A DNA stretch of 64,000 bases from Minisyncoccota bacterium (GTDB taxonomy: Bacteria; Patescibacteriota; Minisyncoccia; Phycocordibacterales; UBA918): assembly GCA_040879435.1 (NCBI GenBank), contig JBBDKG010000012.1, positions 2,755-66,754 of the forward strand, given 5' to 3'. Each line of letters begins with the position of its first letter. Positions within the stretch are counted from its first letter, which is position 1. A program made the position numbers and the translations under genes. The notes below the pieces were generated by a model. The model was given only the letters and a program-made list of their open reading frames with translations. It was not told the DNA's origin and searched no databases. Below are positions 18,491-28,302 of the stretch, piece after piece.

Positions 18491-20932
18491 TTATGAACTG
18501 ATTTGTACACGCATCGCAACCAACTCCTCATACAATGCAACTAGCTCCGTGAGAAGCTGAACGATCTTGGCCTCTAGATAAAGTGACGAAGAGGTAGAAA
18601 TCCCTGCCACCTGAGGCGTCGGAGCAGACGAAGAGCGTCGCCCACCTCCGCCGGAACTCGCCTCAGAGCCCGTCTCATCTTCTGTATCGACTTCGTCCTC
18701 TTCAGACGCCTCTGGAACAGTGACATCTCCCGTTGCAGACACAAGCACATCCACTGTACCGTCGCCGTCAATATCAACCTCGATAACAGGTGAAGTCTCA
18801 TCACCGATCACAAAAGTTGCCGTAGTACTCGCAGTTGTATCAATATCGGGATACACGGCAAGTTCTTCTGTCGTGTTTTCGGAAAACTGAGCTATACGAA
18901 TTGTCGTTGAACCCGTGCCGGTACCCTCGTACACAAACGTATACTCACCACCTTCTGGTACGAAAATATACTGACTTTCGCCGTAGATGAGATACGTACT
19001 TCCGTCGATCCCTTCCAACACTTCGTTGTCTTTAACACCAGTGAAGTTACCGCTGCCATCATATACACCGAGAAGCACCGGCGAATGAGCGCTCACTAGA
19101 AGCATACCGTCAAAGAACGACGTGTCAGGTTTAGTACTAACGAGAACATCCGACGCGATAATGCTCTCGTTACTGATAAGTGACGCGAGTGCTGATTGTA
19201 TCGGTGCGGCATTCAGCAGGTACGCATGACTTGTGTCTGTGCCGGTCTGTTCCTTGAATTCCTGCTGGTTGAAATAATATGTTTCAGCGTCGTCATACGC
19301 GTCAGCACTTGTATAGATCACAACTCCATCCCCTTCAGGTGTGAACTGGGGGTGGTATGTTAGCTCATCGTGCTCTTCGGTATACAGTACTCCTTTCACC
19401 GTCGGTAGTCCCCATCCCACGATCTGTACCACGTCGATGTTTTCAGGCATGGAGTAATCATCTTGTGTGTCGTGAAGTGAGTCGGCGTTCGACAGCAAGT
19501 TTGCACTCAAGATCGTGGGTGTATTGAGATCATCGGCAGCTGGATCACTTCGCGCTACACCAGAGCCGGTCAGGAATTCGCTGACACTTTCGTAGTTTGA
19601 AACTGCGTACCCCCACTTTGCATGCCACTCTTGCGTATGCTGACTCAATGCATCAAAAAGTATAACCGGGTCAGTGATTGTGTCGAAATATTTACGCGAC
19701 GGAAGGAGGTTGTATGAACTTTGCATGTTTTGTGCAATCAGCCTTACTTCTTTGGAAGACACAATCAAGTCGTTAGAGACTTTTCTAAGATCAGAATAAT
19801 TAGGAATCCCCTCTCCATCTCCATGCAACAGCGAAGCGACCGCCTGTGGTGTCCCGAGTTGAGGGGAGCCGACCATCACGAAATTATCAAACAGATTCTC
19901 TAAACCACGTGATTCCATTTCACGTATGATGGCCTTCCCCATAATTCCACCCATCGAGTGCCCCACAATGGTCACCTTGCCGGTCTGTGAATCGTCGGCA
20001 ACTTCTTTGATCTCTTCTATGAGGTCAACGACTCCCTCAGCAGTCTGTACTCCATCGGCGATGATGGTTTCGGGTGCAAGCCGCCAGTCATACGGAAGCG
20101 ACTTCCATTCTTCGATAGCGCCGGTAGACACCAGCTCATCTGCATAATTAGAGAACGGCTGATACACGGACGAGCCTTTGAAATCATTAAGAATTCCGTC
20201 CACATACACACTCTCTGTGCTTGACCCATCTCCATTCAATGCAAGTTGCCCAAGATCATTACTACCGGCTGTCGGTGGCCACAACGTATCGTTACCGACG
20301 AGACCATCCTTTCCCAAGACACTACCCTTTATGCCAGGAAGAAATACGACGCTTGAGCAGCACTCATCATATTCAGATGCTTCAACGACCGTAAAGGTAA
20401 TGGTCTCAGCTAGCACCATTTCGTCCGACGCCTGTGCGAACACTGTCGGAAGAATATACTCTCGGATACTCCGAAAGATGCCTTGATAGACAAGGTCAGG
20501 TTCTTCGAACTGAAGCTCATATATCTCAAGCTCATACATGCCCGGTTCCGCAGTGAACGGCACCGCCTGCGGAATTCCATTCGCAAATCCGATCGGCACC
20601 TCACTCACATATTCCCGCTCAGTGGAAGTACCATTGTCGGAAACAGCGTATAAATGTGATTCCACTGTTGATGCACTGCTACCGCTCCATGTAAAGGAAA
20701 TATAGTGTTGTCTATCAAGATACGCTTCGTAAGTATCACCATCGAACAGGTCGGTGGGAGTGACAATCGGTTCAGACAACTCCTCACCTGCCGCATTGTG
20801 GGTCTGGATACTATGGACGACGACATTTGACTGCGATGCATGCACAGATTGTGCGTAAACAGAAAGTGCCGCACATGTGATCAATATTGATACACCCCGA
20901 TAGAAGTGCGCGTATGTGGTTCGCGCTATCAT
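18491..20932 (-). CDS. Large secreted alpha/beta-hydrolase (LCAT/phospholipase-like)
   Basis: VVFLPGIKGS, PYDWR, nucleophile GHSMG, GSPQLGTP, GDGVV; signal-like N-terminus. Confidence 0.85.
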   Translation of the reverse strand: MIARTTYAHFYRGVSILITCAALSVYAQSVHASQSNVVVHSIQTHNAAGEELSEPIVTPTDLFDGDTYEAYLDRQHYISFTWSGSSASTVESHLYAVSDNGTSTEREYVSEVPIGFANGIPQAVPFTAEPGMYELEIYELQFEEPDLVYQGIFRSIREYILPTVFAQASDEMVLAETITFTVVEASEYDECCSSVVFLPGIKGSVLGKDGLVGNDTLWPPTAGSNDLGQLALNGDGSSTESVYVDGILNDFKGSSVYQPFSNYADELVSTGAIEEWKSLPYDWRLAPETIIADGVQTAEGVVDLIEEIKEVADDSQTGKVTIVGHSMGGIMGKAIIREMESRGLENLFDNFVMVGSPQLGTPQAVASLLHGDGEGIPNYSDLRKVSNDLIVSSKEVRLIAQNMQSSYNLLPSRKYFDTITDPVILFDALSQHTQEWHAKWGYAVSNYESVSEFLTGSGVARSDPAADDLNTPTILSANLLSNADSLHDTQDDYSMPENIDVVQIVGWGLPTVKGVLYTEEHDELTYHPQFTPEGDGVVIYTSADAYDDAETYYFNQQEFKEQTGTDTSHAYLLNAAPIQSALASLISNESIIASDVLVSTKPDTSFFDGMLLVSAHSPVLLGVYDGSGNFTGVKDNEVLEGIDGSTYLIYGESQYIFVPEGGEYTFVYEGTGTGSTTIRIAQFSENTTEELAVYPDIDTTASTTATFVIGDETSPVIEVDIDGDGTVDVLVSATGDVTVPEASEEDEVDTEDETGSEASSGGGGRRSSSAPTPQVAGISTSSSLYLEAKIVQLLTELVALYEELVAMRVQISS

Positions 20933-21018
20933 TGACCGTACCCTACCATAAAGACTTCATGAAGCAACTGTTTCAATACAAAAGAACACCCCGCGCAAAG
21001 CGCGAGGTGTTGGTTTTA

Positions 21019-21792
21019 TCAGGGAACAAATCCCTGCTTGTCAGCCAGTCGTTTGAACGTTGGCGAACGGTCATACAACTCGTCCAGCGAGTCGCATGCC
21101 GCTTCGACCTGCGGTTCTCCACTGGCACAGTCGGACAACCGCCGAAGCACGATGTAGTGGTTGCAGTTCCGCAGCGTCGAAAACCGATGCGCGATCACCA
21201 AAGCTGATATGCCTTGTGAGAGCGCAGTATCGATACCCTGCTGCACAGACTCCTCCGTTTCTGAATCGAGTGAGGACGTCGCCTCGTCCACGATGAGAAA
21301 CTCCGGTTGTTTGATGAGCGCCCGCATCACACAGATACGCTGCTGCTCACCGCCGGAAAGTTGGAGACCCTGCTTCCCAACCTTTGTATCGAGTCCGTGT
21401 CCATTGAACCGCGTACGCATTTCTGGAGACACGAGATCAATGATCTTCCAGATCTCGTCGTCCGTCATGGACCCGTCCACTTGGAACGGCATGGCGAGAA
21501 GAATATTCTCTCGTACCGTCCCACTGATGATCTCCGGACGTTGAAGGATCACACCCATGTGCGCGAGTACGGAAGAGAGATTGTACTCAGACAATGGTCG
21601 ATCGTTAATGTATACGACACCTTCATCAGGGTCACGTTTTCGGATCAAGAGGCCAGCGACCGTACTTTTTCCAGCGCCGGAGGCGCCAATAAGTGCGACA
21701 CGCTTCCCGTCAGGGATCGAGAAACTCACTCCCTTCAGTACCGGCTGCTGACCAGGGAAGGTCACGCCGACGTTCTCGAAACGTATGTGCAT
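21019..21792 (-). CDS. ABC exporter nucleotide-binding domain (stand-alone)
   Basis: GASGAGKST, LSGGEQQR, VDEATSSLD, IAHRFST. Confidence 0.93.
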   Translation of the reverse strand: MHIRFENVGVTFPGQQPVLKGVSFSIPDGKRVALIGASGAGKSTVAGLLIRKRDPDEGVVYINDRPLSEYNLSSVLAHMGVILQRPEIISGTVRENILLAMPFQVDGSMTDDEIWKIIDLVSPEMRTRFNGHGLDTKVGKQGLQLSGGEQQRICVMRALIKQPEFLIVDEATSSLDSETEESVQQGIDTALSQGISALVIAHRFSTLRNCNHYIVLRRLSDCASGEPQVEAACDSLDELYDRSPTFKRLADKQGFVP

Positions 21793-22844
21793 TACGAACT
21801 CCTTTCGTAGATAGTGCCTTTGTTGAAGTGGAATAAGGACGGTTTCGAAAGCTTCTCACGCGTCGCCTTGATCCTTGCGACATTCGCAGTAAGGTGACGC
21901 ATGAAGTGTCCAACGAGCCCGAACCGTTCAGTGAGTAGGAAGAACCACGCGGCGATCGCGAGAAAATCCCCGACCGTCCATAGTTCGCTGTAGATGCCGT
22001 ACCCCAGAAAGAGCACGGGGGTTACATAGTTGATACCCTTACGGACACTTTCCACATAGATGAACCAGTATGCCCATATCTTGAGATCGGCCATGAGTGG
22101 TTCTGCCACCTCCTGCGCGATCTGCTGCTGCATCTTCTGTTCGACACCCGCTGCCTTCACCGAATAGGCAAAGTACATCTTCTCCACCATGCGGCGATTT
22201 GCAGTGCGGAACTGCTCGTCGAGATCCCCCATCTTTTCATCGATGCGGGTGTTGAAGTAGAGGAACCACAGCACGTTGAGCACCAAGAGTCCGAACGCCA
22301 CGAGTCCCGCACGCCAATCGACAACGCCCATAAAGATAATTGCGGGCGTGATCGACGCAAGCACTTGTGGAGATTCAAACAAAAGCATGTACAGAATGTT
22401 CTCGACCTTGTCCTTGGTCGATTCGATCTGTTCAGCTCCGACCTCACTACCGTCACCAAGCAACTCCTCAAGTATCCGCTCGTAGAGCTTCCGGACGAGT
22501 GAATTGACCACACTCGAATAGTTGCTGTTCCATGCCCGTTCACGGTAGTGGTCATGGAGAGATATCAACGCAACCGTACTGAGTCCGGCACCACCGGTAC
22601 CAAATACAAGCCACAAGAGCGCAAGGTTGGTCTGTCCTGCGTGCATCGCGTCAGCGACGAACTTCCAGGTATACGGAATAAACATCAATGTGAACATTGC
22701 AGCGATCAAAAAGCAAATCGCCTTCTTCGCATTGGTGCGAGATTCCTGTTCGATGATCTCAGTCCATATCCATTTGATCCCCTCAAACATCTCACGATAC
22801 ACATCACGCGTTTCGCGCATGACTCTCGAGAATGTACTCATCAT
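21792..22844 (-). CDS. ABC exporter transmembrane domain (stand-alone)
   Basis: About 6 TM with ABCB-like spacing; TAATG stop/start overlap with the NBD gene; SD AAGGAG. Confidence 0.78.
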   Translation of the reverse strand: MMSTFSRVMRETRDVYREMFEGIKWIWTEIIEQESRTNAKKAICFLIAAMFTLMFIPYTWKFVADAMHAGQTNLALLWLVFGTGGAGLSTVALISLHDHYRERAWNSNYSSVVNSLVRKLYERILEELLGDGSEVGAEQIESTKDKVENILYMLLFESPQVLASITPAIIFMGVVDWRAGLVAFGLLVLNVLWFLYFNTRIDEKMGDLDEQFRTANRRMVEKMYFAYSVKAAGVEQKMQQQIAQEVAEPLMADLKIWAYWFIYVESVRKGINYVTPVLFLGYGIYSELWTVGDFLAIAAWFFLLTERFGLVGHFMRHLTANVARIKATREKLSKPSLFHFNKGTIYERSS

Positions 22845-22871
22845 CCTTCTCCTTTCAAGGTACAAAAAGAA

Positions 22872-22903
22872 CAAAAACATCTTGCCGGAAGACAAGATGT
22901 TTT
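22872..22903 (-). terminator. Terminator/attenuator hairpin upstream of the ABC exporter
   Basis: AAAACATCTTG-N8-CAAGATGTTTT followed on - by TGTTCTTTTT. Confidence 0.65.
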
Positions 22904-22926
22904 GATCACATAAAATAAAGAGAGAT

Positions 22927-23079
22927 TTACGTCGTCATAACATATTGCCTACACACGGATACGCCCGCGCCACCCATGAAAAGTGGGGTCACGAAAGCAC
23001 GCACGATAGAAAGCTTGTTCTGCTCCCAGATGTGCGCTCGGGTATCTGCTGTTGTATATGCAATAGTTCGCATGCCCAT
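22927..23079 (-). CDS. Putative 50-aa upstream/leader ORF
   Basis: MGMRTIAYTTADTRAHIWEQNKLSIVRAFVTPLFMGGAGVSVCRQYVMTT, directly downstream of a TTGACA (23107-23102) promoter. Confidence 0.4.
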   Translation of the reverse strand: MGMRTIAYTTADTRAHIWEQNKLSIVRAFVTPLFMGGAGVSVCRQYVMTT

Positions 23080-23175
23080 ATTTAAACATACTATGGATTA
23101 TTGTCAAATCTCACACGTTAATACCCAGCTTCATGATGCAAACAGCAAAAAGCATGGGAAAATGAAGCTATCATC

Positions 23176-23403
23176 ATGATATTCGCTGCCTCGTTCCCCA
23201 CCCTCCTTGGTCTCTTGTTTTTCACACTGCTTTTCCTTTTCACGATCTACTCGTGCATGCTCGGCTACCACTGGTTCACATACGGCACCAGCGTGCACAA
23301 ATCACGCTTGTCGCTCTCCATATACCTTGCCGGCGCCGGCATCCTCTTTCTGATCATGGGTATCATCCTCTATACGCTTTCAATCGTCCCGTATGCTTAT
23401 TGA
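23176..23403 (+). CDS. Small 2-TM protein
   Basis: Hydrophobic, YHWFTYG motif, overlaps the next gene. Confidence 0.7.
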   Translation: MIFAASFPTLLGLLFFTLLFLFTIYSCMLGYHWFTYGTSVHKSRLSLSIYLAGAGILFLIMGIILYTLSIVPYAY

Positions 23404-23965
23404 AAAGATCGAGTTCAATACTGATGAGGAAGTGCTCCTACAGGCGCAGCGGCACTGGTTCGTATTGATCACACAACTTTCCTTTCCGTTCACGCTCGCG
23501 ATTCTGCCACTTATAGCCCTCATACTACTCGGCACGCCACTCATCGGCGGAACGCTGCCGATAGACATCAATGCATATTCGCCGACGATCTCGTTCCTCT
23601 ACGCTGCGTGGCTCCTCATCCTCTGGATGTTCGCCTTCAATATTTGGACCAACCACTACCTCGACATCCTCATACTCACCAATGAACGCATCATCCTGAT
23701 CGACCAGAAAGGACTCTTTCACCGCCGGGTCGCGAGCTTCCGTCTTGAACGTCTGCAGGACCTGCACGTTGAAGTGGACGGCATTGTTGCAACCTTCTTC
23801 GACTACGGCACCGTGCACGCCGAAACGGCTGGACATAGTGAGGAGGAATTTCGTGCATACGGCATGCCGCGACCACGCGAACTCAAGGCGGAGATCCTGA
23901 AAGCAGCAGACACTATGATCGACGAGTACCGCGCACGACCACGTGTGGCGGGTGATGATGTCTAG
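23393..23965 (+). CDS. Bacterial PH-domain (bPH_2) membrane protein
   Basis: RHW, two TMs, ILTNERII..DQKGLF, LQD, DYGTV..ETAG. Confidence 0.85.
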   Translation: MLIEKIEFNTDEEVLLQAQRHWFVLITQLSFPFTLAILPLIALILLGTPLIGGTLPIDINAYSPTISFLYAAWLLILWMFAFNIWTNHYLDILILTNERIILIDQKGLFHRRVASFRLERLQDLHVEVDGIVATFFDYGTVHAETAGHSEEEFRAYGMPRPRELKAEILKAADTMIDEYRARPRVAGDDV

Positions 23966-24408
23966 TCGGTCGTTTTGTTGAACCACTCCTCCGGAAACGC
24001 TTCCGTCTCCATATTAGGAAGCGCGGTCATAAGCGCATACTCCCACGTGGCTCCATTGGAGGATTCCCAGTCCGGCAAAAAGAAACCCTTTGATATCAAC
24101 CCGGTCTCAAGGATCGGGCGGTGGTAGTATTCCATCACGGTCTCCCACGGAAGATTCGCCTCCTTAATGCGTTCTTCGTCATCGGTATCGAAGTAGTCAA
24201 AGACGGTATAACCCTTCTCCCGAAGAATACGGGTCGCTTCGTTAAAGCGTCGGAGATTCTCATCGTACCCTCTGCCACCACTGGTGAGCGGGCCGAAAAC
24301 ACGCACCACCGGTGGCGGCAGCGTCTTGAGACGCTCAATAGCCTTCTGCGCCAATTCAGCCATCAGCTCCTCTCCTTTTGTATCGGGGTTCCCCGGTCCC
24401 TTTTCCAT
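23962..24408 (-). CDS. DUF4406 / nucleoside deoxyribosyltransferase-like protein
   Basis: GPLTS...NLRRF...LPDWESSNGATWE; TATACT 7 nt before the ATG. Confidence 0.75.
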   Translation of the reverse strand: MEKGPGNPDTKGEELMAELAQKAIERLKTLPPPVVRVFGPLTSGGRGYDENLRRFNEATRILREKGYTVFDYFDTDDEERIKEANLPWETVMEYYHRPILETGLISKGFFLPDWESSNGATWEYALMTALPNMETEAFPEEWFNKTTD

Positions 24409-24512
24409 TTGGTGAGTATAGCAGTCATGGAGTGTCGTATGAAGAACTTGACTTTGTATTAACTTAGTGTTACAATGCAAACCACCCTACTGAACAAACT
24501 TGGGAGGACATA

Positions 24513-25196
24513 ATGCAACGAACCAAAACGGTATCGACCGGACGGGTCGTTCGTCGATCCTTCCGTGTTCGCTTGTGGGTACTGCTCTTTGTCATGATCT
24601 GCGCGGTCGCAATCATAGCCGTGATGCAGTATCGCAGCACGTTCGCAGTTACCTGTCTCAACAGCGCACCCAATCCTCCGGCGGCTGCTTCCTTCACCGG
24701 AAGTCGCGCCGTAGTGACAATGGTTCATGCGAAAGCAATGGACCTCGGACTCACATTCATGGAGTCACGTCACGATGTGCGGCGTGCTCATGCGACAGGA
24801 AAACTCGTACGTGTCCGTGCAGGCAGTGATCTCACGCTGCACAAGGTTTCGCATCCGTACGGACTGCCGGCAACTTCACTCTTCTTGAGCAGGTTGTCTG
24901 CACAGTATCGTGCGGCGTGTGGCGAGAAACTCGTTGTCACAAGCCTTGTGCGCACCACGGGACAGAACTCACTGATCCCAAACGCATCCACACGGTCGGT
25001 GCATCCGACCGGCATGGCAGTTGATCTGCGTGTGCCGGCGAATGCTACCTGCCGCAGGTGGCTGGAACGCGTCCTCATCTCGCTTGAATCAGGTGGCTAC
25101 TTGGAAGTAACGAGGGAAAAACATCCTCCGCACTTCCACATAGCGGTCTATCAATGCGAGTACGCGGATTACGTCCGCCGTCAGAAGGGAGGATAA
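24513..25196 (+). CDS. M15-like (DUF5715-type) Zn peptidase with N-terminal TM
   Basis: VTSLVR, SVHPTGMAVDLR, E..PPHFHI; TTGACT-N17-TACAAT promoter, SD GGGAGG. Confidence 0.78.
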   Translation: MQRTKTVSTGRVVRRSFRVRLWVLLFVMICAVAIIAVMQYRSTFAVTCLNSAPNPPAAASFTGSRAVVTMVHAKAMDLGLTFMESRHDVRRAHATGKLVRVRAGSDLTLHKVSHPYGLPATSLFLSRLSAQYRAACGEKLVVTSLVRTTGQNSLIPNASTRSVHPTGMAVDLRVPANATCRRWLERVLISLESGGYLEVTREKHPPHFHIAVYQCEYADYVRRQKGG

Positions 25197-25198
25197 GT

Positions 25199-25831
25199 AT
25201 GACAAGTGCTTCAAGACGTGGCCGGCGCAAGCCGACCACGTCGAGCAAGACCATGCGCACACGCCTACTCCACAGCGTGTGGCGTGTGGTCACGTGGCCA
25301 ATCCGGACACTGTGGTACATGGTCCCGCTTCGCTACAGACGCATCGGCATCGGCGTTTCGATCATCGCCGCAGTGGCGATCTTCGAACCGTTCACGCCTG
25401 CCCATACACTTTCGCTTGCACTCTACTATGAAGCGCGTGACGAACCGTGGATTGGCAGGAGAGCGGTGGCGGCGACTATTTTCAACCGCCGCGACGACCG
25501 GCGTTTCCCGAACACTGTCGCGGAGGTCGTTAATGACGGCCGAGAACGTGGCCGCTTATGCGACTTTTCCTTCATGTGTGATGGGAAAAGTGATCTTCCA
25601 TGGGTCCACCACTACAGCAAGTGGGGTGCCTGGCTTCGATCTCGGTTTGAAGGCTATGTGTACTCAGGCTTCGACGCCTTGGGCATATACCCCGACCCAA
25701 CTGGAGGTGCGCTCTTCTACAAGCGCACCGACGCAAGATCGCCGTACTTTACGGAAAAGATCAGGTTGGGCGAATTTGAACGGGTTTCCGGAAGTTTCGG
25801 TGCCCATGAGTTCTTCCTATATCGAAAATAA
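25199..25831 (+). CDS. Cell wall hydrolase, SleB/Hydrolase_2 family
   Basis: LYYEARDE, AVAATIFNR, FPNTV, C.FSF.CDGK, DPTGGALFY, GAHEF. Confidence 0.88.
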   Translation: MTSASRRGRRKPTTSSKTMRTRLLHSVWRVVTWPIRTLWYMVPLRYRRIGIGVSIIAAVAIFEPFTPAHTLSLALYYEARDEPWIGRRAVAATIFNRRDDRRFPNTVAEVVNDGRERGRLCDFSFMCDGKSDLPWVHHYSKWGAWLRSRFEGYVYSGFDALGIYPDPTGGALFYKRTDARSPYFTEKIRLGEFERVSGSFGAHEFFLYRK

Positions 25832-25905
25832 GCTGGGGCCTGCGCAGTGCGCGGGCCCTTTTCTGTTTGTCTTTTCCGTCTCTTTCCCATACAATCAAAC
25901 GAACC

Positions 25906-27246
25906 ATGGCAGACAAAAATCTCCCCACCGAGCCATACAAAGGTGTCCGCGACTTCTACCCAGACGACATGGCCGTCCAGCGGTACATGTTCGATGTCTG
26001 GAGCCAAACGGCAGAATCCTTCGGCTACGCCCGCTACGACGCCTCTGTACTTGAACCGGCAGAGCTCTACAAAGCAAAAGGAGCCGAGAACGAAGAACTA
26101 GTAAACGAACAGACATACACGTTCACCGACCGCGGTGACCGACAGGTGACGCTGCGCCCGGAGATGACCCCGACCGTCGCGCGCATGATCGCGGCGAAAC
26201 GCAAAGAACTTGCCTTTCCTGTCCGCTGGTACTCCATCCCGAATCTCTTTCGCTATGAACGCGCGCAACGTGGACGATTGCGCGAACACTGGCAACTTAA
26301 CTGCGATATCTTTGGCACCGATGAGCGCGCCGCCGATGTGGAGATCATTGCGCTCGCATACCAGACATTTCTAAACTTTGGTGCAGACCCAAGCATGTTC
26401 GAGATTCGAATCAACGACGCTGCAGGAATGCAGACTACCTTTTCTGATGCCAATTTCTTTGATTTATCAGCTGAGCAGTCACGTCGTTTACGAAAACTGA
26501 CGGATCAGAGGCGTAAATTGAAAGTTGAAGACTTTGAAGTAGGAGCGGCTGATATTTTTGGGGCTGACACCCACAAAACAAATTTATTTATTAAATCTTT
26601 AGACTGTCCAGATCCTGCTAGTTACCTTGCATGGATCTCACAAAATGCTCAGAATCCCGTTGAAAATCCTCTTGAGTATACAGGATATATCAACGCCAGT
26701 GAGATACTCGATGGACTTCGCACTCTGGGAATTACTAACGTTGTATTTGACCCTTCGATTGTGCGTGGCTTTGATTACTACACCGGCGTGGTCTTCGAGT
26801 TCTTCGACACCGACCCTGCGAACCGACGCGCGCTCTTGGGCGGCGGCCGCTACGACAACCTCACCGAACTCTTCGGCGGTGAACCGATCCCCGGCATCGG
26901 GTTCGGGTGGGGTGATGTGACGCTGCGGGATTTCCTTGAAACACACAACCTCCTCACCGCCGACATCACCGCACCAACTATTATGGTCGCCCCGACCGAT
27001 CCGTCGCTCAATATCGCCGGCCAGAAGATCGCACAAGAGATCCGCGCGAGTGGCCTTTCCGTTGCGGTCGATATCTCAAACCGAAAGATCGGCAAGAAGA
27101 TCACAGCTGCAAGCGATGCGTTCGTGGAGTATGTACTCGTACTCGGCGAGGATGAGATCGCATCGGGAACGTATAGTGTGAAGAATCTCACCACCGGCGA
27201 GCAACTCTCTGGTACACTCGAAGAGTTGTGTGAACAGCTCGTCTAG
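25906..27246 (+). CDS. hisS: Histidine--tRNA ligase
   Basis: KGVRDF, LRPEMT, FRYERAQRGRLREH.Q, VRGFDYYTG, GGGRYD. Confidence 0.97.
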   Translation: MADKNLPTEPYKGVRDFYPDDMAVQRYMFDVWSQTAESFGYARYDASVLEPAELYKAKGAENEELVNEQTYTFTDRGDRQVTLRPEMTPTVARMIAAKRKELAFPVRWYSIPNLFRYERAQRGRLREHWQLNCDIFGTDERAADVEIIALAYQTFLNFGADPSMFEIRINDAAGMQTTFSDANFFDLSAEQSRRLRKLTDQRRKLKVEDFEVGAADIFGADTHKTNLFIKSLDCPDPASYLAWISQNAQNPVENPLEYTGYINASEILDGLRTLGITNVVFDPSIVRGFDYYTGVVFEFFDTDPANRRALLGGGRYDNLTELFGGEPIPGIGFGWGDVTLRDFLETHNLLTADITAPTIMVAPTDPSLNIAGQKIAQEIRASGLSVAVDISNRKIGKKITAASDAFVEYVLVLGEDEIASGTYSVKNLTTGEQLSGTLEELCEQLV

Positions 27247-27262
27247 TACTCCGCCCTGAACA

Positions 27263-27838
27263 ATGAATTACGTTATCTTTGATATTGAAACTCAGAACAT
27301 CTTCCATGAGGTCGGAAGTTCGGACGTGACCAGTCTCGACATCTCGGTGGTGTGCACGTATGAAAGCGAGACCGACACATACACAGCCGTCACGATCGAC
27401 GAGCTGCAGGAACTCTGGCCGATTTTTGAGCGGGCAGATGCGCTCGTTGGATACAACAGCAACCATTTCGACATTCCCCTTCTCAATAAATACTACCCAG
27501 GTGACCTAGCGCAGATAAAAAGCATCGACATCCTTGAATCTATCAAGGAGTCACTCGGTCGCAGACTTCGACTCGACGCGATCGCACAAGCCACCGTTGG
27601 CGCAAAGAAAAGCGCTGATGGACTTGCGGCGGTGCGGTGGTGGCGAGAGGGTAAGGTCGAGGAGGTCAAGAAATATTGTATGCAGGACGTGAAGGTAACC
27701 AAAAAAGTCTTTGAATATGCACTCAAGAACGGTCATGTGAAGTTCAAGGATGGTACGCGCAACAGGGAGATCCCTATCGACACGTCGAATTGGACTGACA
27801 AAGAAGATTCGTCGCTTACGCACTCACTCCTGTTCTAG
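27263..27838 (+). CDS. RNase H-like 3'-5' exonuclease (YprB-like)
   Basis: FDIET, GYN...FD, YC.QDV (DEDD). Confidence 0.88.
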   Translation: MNYVIFDIETQNIFHEVGSSDVTSLDISVVCTYESETDTYTAVTIDELQELWPIFERADALVGYNSNHFDIPLLNKYYPGDLAQIKSIDILESIKESLGRRLRLDAIAQATVGAKKSADGLAAVRWWREGKVEEVKKYCMQDVKVTKKVFEYALKNGHVKFKDGTRNREIPIDTSNWTDKEDSSLTHSLLF

Positions 27839-27894
27839 TTGAATACCTCCCTTTATCCTGCTAGTATGCCGGCAGGAAACAAGGGAGTACGAGC

Positions 27895-28194
27895 ATGACA
27901 GCCGCACAAGCGAAGAGTCCGTTCCAGGAGGTGAAGATGCGAGAGGTTTCTCTCCATTATTGGACCGCCAACCATCCAGACGGCACAACTGAATTGCTGC
28001 TCGATAAGCCGGCTAAAGCAGGGCTGGACCAGAAAAAGTTCAAGAAAGAACTCCGAGTCGCTGCCGCCGTGAGCAAGCTAGAAGGCAAAGCTGTCTGGTG
28101 GTGGCACAACGGCATCAAAGTATCGTCAGATGTCTGTCAGGTCGCCGACCCGTGGGCATGGCTCACCGAAAAAAACGCTGAGATGGGCAACTAA
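27895..28194 (+). CDS. Hypothetical protein
   Basis: TTGAAT-N17-TAGTAT promoter, SD AGGGAG, terminator at about 28214-28242. Confidence 0.6.
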   Translation: MTAAQAKSPFQEVKMREVSLHYWTANHPDGTTELLLDKPAKAGLDQKKFKKELRVAAAVSKLEGKAVWWWHNGIKVSSDVCQVADPWAWLTEKNAEMGN

Positions 28195-28302
28195 GCCCCG
28201 CTCGGCCGAACACGAAAACCGCTCCCGGGCGGTTTTCTTTTTAGTTTGACAAACTGCCTATTAAAGGTTTATGTATAGCCATCTGAAGAAGGAGTTCCTT
28301 CC

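Noticed and set aside
25832-25905. Possible T-box before hisS
   Set aside because: There is only a terminator and a TACAAT -10; no GGTGGNACC motif.
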